DNA from: Macrostomum lignano
Lineage: Eukaryota
Reading direction: 5' to 3'
Assembly (NCBI GenBank): GCA_002269645.1
Contig: NIVC01003246.1
Location: 1 to 64,000, forward strand
DNA: 64,000 nt
The notes below the pieces were generated by a model. The model was given only the letters and a program-made list of their open reading frames with translations, searched no databases and was not told the DNA's origin. Of this stretch, positions 10,469-20,039 are shown one piece after another. A program made the position numbers and the translations under genes. Within the stretch, counting starts at the first letter, position 1, and each line of letters starts with the position of its first letter.

Positions 10469-11755
10469 ATGAACGACCCACTGACACCAGTTTTCTACAA
10501 AATTAACAAGCCTATTTTGAGTGATGATAGCACAATCAAAGCGACACAAGTTAGAGTTCCGAGTCACGAGAACCAGAATGAAACTAATTTGGGTCCAGGT
10601 CAAACACTGACATTTACATACAATGGATGTTCGTCTCTGGTTAGTGTGCACAGTCTTAAGAGCGGCTTCCATATGACATTTCAATTCAAGACAAAGGGTG
10701 GTGCGGATGCGGCTCGTGCTAACGTTGACAAGCATGATGCGGATGTGGCTCTGATCAGTAACTTTTGGGCGTACATGTTCAAGGAGTTTAGTGTATCGAA
10801 TGGGAGCACAGAGTTGGAGCAAATCGCCAACTTTGGAATTGTCTATGACGCTCATTGTTTGATCGAGAATCCTGATTTTATTCAGTTGGGAAGTGGTGCG
10901 GGTTTTATTGCAGATGAAAAAGAAGGAGACATCAATGACAGTGGCTATAAAAAGAGGAAGAAGAGATACAACTATGCATTGCAAGGTGCTGATGATGCTG
11001 CTAAGAACCCACAGTATCGGTCTGTTGATGTATTTGTACCATTGAGATTCATGAGTGGATTCTGTAATACATTTAATCGACTGACTAGTAACTTTAGCTA
11101 CACCTTTAGGATGACTAGAGATGATCGCAGTAGAGTGTTGTGGACTGGGGCGGATCACACAAGGATGGAGGTGAAGCTAACCGGAATCGAGCTGTATTTG
11201 GAAGTCATTGAGCCAAAGACTGCACTAAAAGCAGACTATCTTAAGGCAATAGAGAAGGACATTGATGTTGCATACACAGCCTACATGTGTCGAGATGAGC
11301 GAAACGAAACTAGAACAAACATCTGCATTAAAGAGGGATCATGCAGCAATCCAAGGTATATCATTATTAATATGAGAAACCCAAATAGCATTATACGCTA
11401 TATGCATGGAGACGTGCGGTCCATTCAGCATGAAATCAGTGATAATCTTTACCCTGCACTGCCACAAAATGGAGATTTCAGTCAGAACAAGATTAGCAAA
11501 TTTTACAGCGAGTTGGTCGACTTGGTTGTGAAAGAGAACAATGGAATTGCTATCACTGCTCTTCAATATGGAACTCTATATCCGATGTTTGGCGCTGATG
11601 TGTCTGCCAGACAAATGCCTACTGATAACAGCCCTGTGAATATCGTGACTAACATTGAAAGGACTGCCGCAACACCCGTGGACCTGTACATTGTCTATGC
11701 ATTTGAGAGGAAGGTGAAGCTTAACATGATCAACAATTCATCCAGTAAAGTTTAA
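10469..11755 (+). CDS. MCP: Double jelly-roll major capsid protein
   Basis: Intact 428-aa beta-rich ORF. Polinton MCP-like segments SNFWAYMFKEF..ELEQI..FG, VPLRFMSGF, RMTRD, PRYIII, NLYP..NGDFSQN, YPMFGADVS. Lies directly upstream of the penton gene. Confidence 0.88.
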   Translation: MNDPLTPVFYKINKPILSDDSTIKATQVRVPSHENQNETNLGPGQTLTFTYNGCSSLVSVHSLKSGFHMTFQFKTKGGADAARANVDKHDADVALISNFWAYMFKEFSVSNGSTELEQIANFGIVYDAHCLIENPDFIQLGSGAGFIADEKEGDINDSGYKKRKKRYNYALQGADDAAKNPQYRSVDVFVPLRFMSGFCNTFNRLTSNFSYTFRMTRDDRSRVLWTGADHTRMEVKLTGIELYLEVIEPKTALKADYLKAIEKDIDVAYTAYMCRDERNETRTNICIKEGSCSNPRYIIINMRNPNSIIRYMHGDVRSIQHEISDNLYPALPQNGDFSQNKISKFYSELVDLVVKENNGIAITALQYGTLYPMFGADVSARQMPTDNSPVNIVTNIERTAATPVDLYIVYAFERKVKLNMINNSSSKV

Positions 11756-11775
11756 ATATTTTTTTAGGACAAAAA

Positions 11776-12639
11776 ATGGAAGCTATAGCCGAAAGACTAA
11801 ACAACATTGTTTCACACTCTAAGGAGAGCATTCCTATTACAATAACTGGTCGAATTAATGACTCAAACGGGATGTTTGTTGAAAAATTAGAGCAGGCGAT
11901 TCGCCTGGATCCAGGCGCTAATTACCATGTCTATCTTAACGACTTCACCGGTTGGTCAAACGTTCCTAATGTGATGGCAGCAAATAATAAGTTTTATTAC
12001 AAATGGAAAGGTGCAGCAGCAGACCCTGTGGTATTCCATGTGAGCACGCAAAGTGTGGATACCTACAATAACTTTCTAGAAAATGTCTTTACTAAGAGAG
12101 GCCATTTTGAGACACCTGATGCGAGTAAGCCAGAGAAGAAACTGTTCCCTGTCAAACTAACCTATGATCTCACTGTAATGAGAGTGGTCATGCAAGTTCA
12201 CAAAAATGCGGAGGTTGAGTTTAAAGATGACACTTGGTATAGGGAACTAGGATTCGAGAAGAAAGTTTATAAGGCAGAATCCGCGGCGCAGACCGCCACT
12301 CAAGCATCGGGGACCGTTAAAATGGCCCGGGAAAATGTAAGCGGTTTGTTCTTAGCACCCAATATTGCAGACATTGTAAAGGGTTTGAATATTCTAATCA
12401 GAAGCAATCTCAGTCTTGATTGGGTATTTAAGGGAAAGCGAACCAATATTTTGTACAACATCTCCAACTCTGTTGCTGGAGGACAGATGGTGGTAGAGAA
12501 ACCAAATCCAGTGAAAAGAGTTGTATTGAGTAATAAAGAGATTCACGAGATTGTGCTACAGTTTGAGACTGAAGATGGGATGGGCGTTGATTTTAATGGG
12601 GAGGAGTTTGTATTGACGTTGATCATTGAAAGAATGTAA
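11776..12639 (+). CDS. mCP: Minor capsid (penton) protein
   Basis: Intact 287 aa. AIRLDP..YHVYLNDF..SNVPNV..NNKFYY at the N-terminus; EKPNPV...IHEIVLQFETEDGMGVDFNGEEFVLTLII at the C-terminus. Confidence 0.88.
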   Translation: MEAIAERLNNIVSHSKESIPITITGRINDSNGMFVEKLEQAIRLDPGANYHVYLNDFTGWSNVPNVMAANNKFYYKWKGAAADPVVFHVSTQSVDTYNNFLENVFTKRGHFETPDASKPEKKLFPVKLTYDLTVMRVVMQVHKNAEVEFKDDTWYRELGFEKKVYKAESAAQTATQASGTVKMARENVSGLFLAPNIADIVKGLNILIRSNLSLDWVFKGKRTNILYNISNSVAGGQMVVEKPNPVKRVVLSNKEIHEIVLQFETEDGMGVDFNGEEFVLTLIIERM

Positions 12640-12643
12640 GAAA

Positions 12644-12883
12644 TCACAATTGTCTAATGATTTCTACAAAGTTATAGTAGCTGTCGTAATCTTTTACATA
12701 GGTTACTCCATACTTATGAAACCAGTGTCTTTGGAGAGCTAGATTAATATTAGGGACATTGATATCAACGTCGGGCCAATATTTTCTCATGTACTCGCTG
12801 CATTCAAGTTTGCATCGGTACTTGGATTTGTAATTAGGCTCGTGCGCTTTGTAATAAGAACCCGGAGAGACAACTGGAAACAT
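12644..12883 (-). CDS. Small Tyr/Lys-rich orphan ORF (79 aa)
   Basis: ATG at 12883 in AAAAATG context like other viral genes. Converges on the penton stop. Confidence 0.5.
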   Translation of the reverse strand: MFPVVSPGSYYKAHEPNYKSKYRCKLECSEYMRKYWPDVDINVPNINLALQRHWFHKYGVTYVKDYDSYYNFVEIIRQL

Positions 12884-13120
12884 TTTTAGAGAAAATTTAA
12901 TTTTTTTTTTCAAAGGGTAAGGACCCTGGGTTAGGGGATTCAAAGTCTTTGGGATGCGTAGCGAATTGCGAATTGAATGTGGGCCCCATGGGGAGAAGAA
13001 TGCAGATTATTTTCTGATTGTTTCGAAGATGCTATGGGTGGATGTTGGTGGATTATGTCTGTGTCAGTGAGCATAACAAGTGTCCACAGTGAGCATAACA
13101 GGTATCAGTGGACACCTGCT

Positions 13121-13335
13121 CTGATTCTGTCAGGGATAATATAGATGGATTTAATGGGATTATGTTCGAAGTTTTCGGAGCAAGTGCGGCCCCTCCCCTT
13201 TTTCATGATTCTGTCAGGGATAATATGGATGGATTTAATGGGATTATGGAGGACGTTTTGTGAGCGAGTGCGACCCCCCCTTTTTTCTGATTCTGTCAGG
13301 GATAATATGGATGGATTTAATGGGATTATGGAGGA
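13121..13335. repeat. Three ~83-bp direct repeats near the right end of the virus
   Basis: TGATTCTGTCAGGGATAATAT(A/G)GATGGATTTAATGGGATTATG starts at 13122, 13206 and 13288, separated by variable segments. Confidence 0.9.
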
Positions 13336-13761
13336 TGTGAAAAATTTTGTCCCAGAAGCCCCCTCATGCCTTCTACTTACAGCTGATCTATTGGTTGCAT
13401 ATTTGGCCCTATTGTGGTAGGTGTAATCAATTATTATTATTATTATTATTATTATAACTGTAAATAATGAATAATGACTAGACATAGCAAACAGTGTCTA
13501 AATTATCTCTAGAGGAGTCATTTCACAGAGCAAAATATCCGTAAGCCTCTACTTTCAGTAAATATAAAACTCTGTTTCTATCCCAGCTACCTGCCCCTCA
13601 GCCAATCAAAGCCCGTTTACGCACTCTCTGCACTCATTGCATGGGCCTGGAGCGGATTTGAACCGAGCTACAGGAGAGGATTAGAGATAGAAAGATCCCC
13701 AGGGCCTCCGAGCTTGAAGCATTCGGGCGCACCGCAGCTGCACAGTTGACACAGCGAAGCA

Positions 13762-16700
13762 ATGAGCGCTGAACTTCCCGCCGCCATTGACGTGACGGCC
13801 TGGCGCGGCGCCCGGGTGCTGTTCTACCACGAGCCCCTGGCCGCCTACCTGCCCGGCCAGCTGGTGGCCTTCACTCCCGGCAACCAGCGAGCCGTTGTTG
13901 AAGTCGAAGAGCGCCTGGCCAGCAGCCTCGGCCTGGTGGTCACCGACTATCGCTCGGTGAAGCTCAAGCTGAAGAGCCCCAGCTTGGCTGCTGGCGACGC
14001 CGGTTCCGGTCTCTCCAGCCGGCAGTTCCGCGTCCCCATCGAGGAGGTCGTGAGCGACGCCGCGCCGCAGCTCAGCCAGCTGGTCGAGGGCCAACTCGCC
14101 TGCGCCCAACTGCCGCAGGACCAGCTGGCCGACGGTGTGTACCGCTCAGTCACCGTTGACGGCCTGTCCGCGGCCGCCCAGCCCGCTGTGACCGTGCGGC
14201 TGAGCTCCGGCCAGCTGGCGCCGGTGCACCGCTCCCAGCTCCGGCTGCTGCGCCCGCCCTGGCAGGACGAGCTGGACGCCGCTGCCGCCGCCGCTGCTGC
14301 TGAAGTCGCCGCTGCCGCTCCTGCTGCCGCGACCACCGAGTCGACTGCCACCACGGCGTCCGCCTCCGACACCGTTGACGATTTGTCCTCACCGCCGCCG
14401 GGACTGGAAGATGAAGATGAGTCTGGTGAGTCTGCTACTGAAATTCTTTCGGCCGTAATCTTTCTCTTAAAGCTCTTCCATCTGCAGCTTCCGCTCTCCC
14501 ATCCGCAGCTTCCGCTCTCCCATCTGCAGCTTCCACTCTCCCATCTGCAGCTTCCGCTCTCTCATCTGCAGCTTCCGCTCTCCCATCTTCAGCTTCCACT
14601 CTCCCATCTGCAGCTTCCGCTCTCCCATCTGCAGCTTCCACTCTCCCATCTGCAGCTTCCGCTCTCCCATCTGCAGCTTCCACTCTCCCATCTGCAGCTT
14701 CCGCTCTCCCATCTTCAGCTTCCGCTCTCCCATCTACAGCTTCCGCTCTCCCATCTGCAGCTTCCACTCTCCCATCTGCAGCTTCCGCTCTCTAATCTGC
14801 AGCTTCCGCTCTCCCATCTTCAGCTTCCACTCTCCCATCTGCAGCTTCCGCTCTCCCATCTGCAGCTTCCACTCTCTTATCTGCAGCTTCCGCTCTCTTA
14901 TCCGCAGCTTCCACTCTCCAATCTGCAGCTTCCGCTCTCTAATCTGCAGCTTCCGCTCTCCCACCTGCAGCTTCCACTCTCTCATCTGCAGCTTCCGCTC
15001 TCTTATCCGCAGCTTCCACTCTCCCATCTGCAGCTTCCGCTCTCTTATCTGCAGCTTCCGCTCTCCCACCTGCAGCTTCCACTCTCCCATCTGCAGCTTC
15101 CGCTCTCTTATCTGCAGCTTCCGCTCTCCCATCTGCAGCTTCGGTTCCCCCTCTCTGCTACTTCTTAAACCAATCGAAACAATTCCGACAAAGTCACGAG
15201 AGCGGTGCTGCAGTCACTTTCATCCTCACTATAACAGGCTGCCTCATCGTCTTTGACAAAAACTCTTTTTTGAGATGCAGCCCTGCCGGGAACTGGGCTT
15301 GCAGTCGGTCAGGGCCCGGGGTGTCGGTTTACACATTGCCGGCCTGCGAATCTGCCCATTTGGCTGCGACAATTATCGATATTTGCTCCACAGATGAGCC
15401 CTGCTTCTCTTTACAATCTCTTTTATCTTCTTTCGGAGCAATAGCAGCAATTTTCAATCGCTGGCTTTTGGAGGGGGTTGGGGAAAATCTGTTGCAGCTG
15501 GGGCCGCTTCTTTGAGCCGCCGGGATTTCTGCTGCCGGATTCCATTCTGCTTCTTTTCATGAATGGGGCGAAATCAACAAAATTGCCCCAGTGTGTCTCA
15601 GCCAGGCCCTGCGCTGGCATTTGAGCACAGTGGGGGTCCCCCGCCTTTTCCCTGTCCCACTAGTTATGCTGCGATGCTCGCTCAGGTTCAGATTCGCTCA
15701 GGGCGTGCAGTTGACAGTCGGTGGAAGATAGACTTGATTCCACTGGTTGCTTAAGCGGGCGGAAATGACTGCCTAGTTTGAGCAGGAATCAGGCCCCTAT
15801 TTCATATTCTCCACCTGCTTGGGAGTAGCGGGAGGGTAATCAAATTAATAGATAAGCTGCCGAGCTCCAGGCCTGTTGCCTATAAATAGAAATTCGAGAT
15901 AAACAACCAGACTTTCGGGGCTGAGTGTCCGGTGATTCATTTCTGAAGAATTGCTTTCGTGTGCTTAATCAGTATTCACAGATCAGGACTTTCTAGGTGG
16001 GTTTGGATTTACCATCAGTAGCCTAATGGCTTTCGGGATCAGTAGCCTAATGGCTTTCGGGATCAGTAGCCTAATGGGATTCGGGATCAGTAGCCTAATG
16101 GGATTCGGGATCAGTAGCCTAATGGCTTTCGGGATCAGTAGCCTAATGGGATTCGGGATCAGTAGCCTAATGGGATTTGGGATCAGTAGCCTAATGGGAT
16201 TCGGGATCAGTAGCCTAATGGGATTTGGGATCAGTAGCCTAATGGGATTTGGGATCAGTAGCCTAATGGGATTCGGGATCAGTAGCCTAATGGGATTTGG
16301 GATCAGTAGCCTAATGGGATTCGGGATCAGTAGCCTAATGGCTTTCGGGATCAGTAGCCTACGGGATTTGGGATCAGTAGCCTAATGGGATTCGGGATCA
16401 GTAGCCTAATGGCTTTCGGGATCAGTAGCCTATGGGATTTGGGATCAGTAGCCTAATGGGATTCGGGATCAGTAGCCTAATGGCTTTCGGGATCAGTAGC
16501 CTATGGGATTTGGGATCAGTAGCCTAATGGGATTCGGGATCAGTAGCCTAATGGTATTTGGGATCAGTAGCCTAATGGCTTTCGGGATCAGTAGCCTATG
16601 GGATTTGGGATCAGTAGCCTAATGGGATTCGGGATCAGTAGCCTAATGGGATTCGGGATCAGTAGCCTAATGGTATTTGGGATCAGTAGCCTAATGGGAT

Positions 16701-19700
16701 TCAGAATCAGTAGCCTAATGGGATTTGGGATCAGTAGCCTAATGAGATTTGGGATCAGTAGCCTAATTGGATTTGGGATCAGTAGCCTAATGAGATTTGG
16801 AATCAGTAGCCTAATGGGATTTGGGATCAGTAGCCTAATGAGATTTGGAATCAGTAGCCTAATGGGATTTGGGATCAGTAGCCTAATGGGATTTGGGATC
16901 AGTAGCCTAATCGGATTTGGGATCAGTAGCCTAATGGGATTTGGGATCAGTAGCCTAATGGTATTTGGTATCAGTAGCCTAATGGGATTTGGTATCAGTA
17001 GCCTAATGGGATTCGGGATCAGTAGCCTAATGGGATTTGGGATCAGTGGCCTAATGGCTTTCGGGATCAGTAGCCTATGGGATTGGGGATCAGTAGCCTA
17101 ATGGCTTTCGGGATCAGTAGCCTATGGGATTCGGTATCAGTAGCCTAATGGGATTTGGGATCAGTAGCCTAATGGGATTGAGGATCAGTAGCCTAATGTG
17201 ATTTGGGATCAGTAGCCTAATGTGATTTAGGATCAGTAGCCTAATGGGATTTGGGATCAGGAGCCTAATGGGATTTGGGATCAGTAGCCTAATAAGATTT
17301 GGGATCAGTAGCTTAATGGGATTTGGGATCAGTAGCCTAATGGGATTGGCTTTTTCAAAGTCCTTGAGGGGAAGAAAATCCCATCTAAGCAATATTATAT
17401 AATTTGCGCCATCCGCCCGCAGACTGCGACCCGCAGCTGGCCTCGGGCCGGTTCAGCAAAGGTGACGTCGTCCGGACTCCGGGCGGGGTGAAGAAGAAAT
17501 TCAACGGCAAGCAGTGGCGCCGGCTGTGCAGCGCCGACGGCTGCTCAAAGGAGAGTCAGCGAAGGGGCTTCTGTTCCAGGCATCTCAGCCAGAAAGGAAA
17601 AGCATCCAAGTGAGTGTGACCGGTTATGACAGGTCTGGGAAGAATATCCCAATCTTATTAGGCTACTGATCCCGAATCCAATTAGGCTACTTATCCCAAA
17701 TCCAATTAGGCTACTGATCCTCAATCCCATTAGGCTACTGATCCCAAATCCCATTAGGCTACTGATCCCAAATCCCATTAGGCTACTGATCCCAAATCCC
17801 ATCAGGCTACTGATCCCGAAAGCCATTAGGCTACTGATCCCAAATCCCATTAGGCTACTGATCCCGAAAGCCATTAGGCTACTGATCCTCAATCCCATTA
17901 GGCTACTGATCCCGAATCCCATTAGGCTACTGATCCCAAATGCCATCAGGCTACTGATCCCAAATCCCATTAGGCTACTGATCCCAAATCCCATTAGGCT
18001 ACTGATCCCAAATTCCATCAGGCTACTGATCCCAAATCCCATTAGGCTACTGATCCCAAATCCGATTAGGCTCCTGATCCCAAATCCCATGAGGCTACTG
18101 ATCCCAAATCCTATAAGGCTACTGATCCCAAATCCCATTAGGCTACTGATCCCAAATCACATTAGGCCACTGATCCCAAATCCCATTAGGCTACTGATCC
18201 CAATCCCATTGGGCTACTGATCCCAAATCTCCTTAGGCTACTGATCCCTAAATCCCATTAGGCTACTGATCCCAAATCCAATTGGGCTACTGATCCCAAA
18301 TCCCATTAGGCTACTGATCCCAAATCCCATTAGGCTACTGATCCCAAATCACATTAGGCTACTGATCCCAAATCCCATTAGGCTACTGATCCCAAATCCC
18401 ATCAAGCTACTGATCCCGAAAGCCATTAGGCTACTGATCCCAAATCACATTAGGCTACTGATCCCAAATCACATTAGGCTACTGATCCCAAATCCCACTA
18501 GGCTACTGATCCCAAATCCCATTAGGCTACTGATCCCAAATCCCAGTAGGCTACTGATCCCAAATCACATTAGGCTACTGATCCCAAATTCAATTGGGCT
18601 ACTGATCCCAAATCCCATTAGGCTACTGATCCCAAATCACATTAGGCTACTGATCCCAAATCCCACTAGGCTACTGATCCCAAATCCCATTAGGCTACTG
18701 ATCCCAAATCACATTAGGCTACTGATCCCAAATCCCACTAGGCTACTGATCCCAAATCCCATTAGGCTACTGATCCCAAATCACATTAGGCTACTGATCC
18801 CAAATCCCACTAGGCTACTGATCCCAAATCCCATTAGGCTACTGATCCGAAATCCCGATCCCTACCGCAGCGGAGCCCTTCTTGGCTTTTGCAGCGCTAC
18901 TTAAGCTTTCAGCAAGGATTTTCAGCAAGCCTGTTTGGAATTTTCCAGATACCAGCGCCCTTTGGAGCCCTGGGCGCCTGGCGTGCCTCCTGCTGCCGCT
19001 GCGCCAGCCGCACCGGTTGCACCTGCAGCCTTTTTTGCTACCGGCTACTCCACTTTTGCTCCAGCCTCCGTTGTTACACCGTTGTCTTCTGCTTTTAGTC
19101 TGCAACTGCATCACCAGCAGCAGCAGCCTCATCCGTCCTGCACCAGCCTGCTGCCCATTCTGGAGTCTGAGCTCAAGCGCGATCCCAGCCAATCGGTGCT
19201 TCATCAAGACCAGCTGCCAGCCGTAGCCACCGCCGGCGCACTTGATGGACCGGCAGCTCGGCCAGCGGCTGCCAGCGAGTCGGACACCGCGGCTGAGGCT
19301 GCCCCAACTGTTGGCTCTGCTGCTATGGAAGATGAAGACGACGTGTTCCAGCTGCCGGAGAGGCCGCAGCGAGATGCTCCTCAGGCGGACAAGTCCCAGC
19401 AGCAGCAGCAGCCGGAGCACATTCGCCGCCCCATGAACGCCTTCATCCTGTTCAGCAAGCGGAATCGAGCTCGCGTCCAGGAGGAGAATCCCGGCCTGGA
19501 TAACCGCGCCGTCAGCAAGATCCTCGGCGAGCTGTGGTACAACCTGTCCAAGGTGGACAGGGAGCAGTACAACAGCCTGGCCAGCCAGGTCAAGTCCGAG
19601 CACTTCCGCCAGAATCCCAACTTCCGCTGGTCGTCCGCTAAGGAGCGCCGACGGTCCGACTCAGCCTCTGCCGCTGTCACTCAGCCGCTTCATCATCAGA

Positions 19701-20008
19701 TCGGTGGCGCTGCAGCCAGCAACGGCAGCGACAGCAACCTCCGTCTGCTGGCGGACGCCGCGGTGGCTCATCAGGCCGCTCAGGCGTCGCCGGGGTTGCC
19801 GCCGACTTTGCAGCGACAGCAGCAACAGCCGCCGCGTCCGCCTCCGCTGCAGCCGACTGTGTCGAAGTTTCGTCGACTATCGGAGCATCTGCAGCAGCAA
19901 GGATTTCAGCGCTACTCAACAAGCAGCAGCGGAGGCGCAGTTCTGGTTCCAACCACGGTGCAGCCCAGCCTGCTCAGCATCAGCGACCAGCACAGCCAGC
20001 ACCAGAGT

Positions 20009-20039
<31 letters not shown>

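Larger units (their letters stand above)
1..13400. mobile_element. Endogenous Polinton/Maverick (adintovirus-like) dsDNA virus; left end lies outside the window, right end approximate
   Basis: Compact, intron-free, AT-rich block with all Polinton hallmark genes recognised by motif: rve integrase, pPolB, adenain protease, A32-like ATPase, DJR major capsid, penton. Composition changes abruptly to GC-rich host exons at ~13.7 kb. TIR and TSD cannot be defined because the left end is missing. Confidence 0.95.

Noticed and set aside
13340-13600. Exact Polinton terminus and target-site duplication
   Set aside because: No clear ACTACT-type end is visible, and the left end is outside the window, so it cannot be supported.
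14426-15168. LPLSHLQ leucine-zipper-like extension of cic exon 1
   Set aside because: Read-through into an intronic 21-bp array past a good G|GTGAGT donor whose phase matches exon 2.
15150-16010. Extra cic exon in the unique intronic island
   Set aside because: Exon 1 and exon 2 already join in phase, and no CIC motif is seen; it may be regulatory but this is unsupported.
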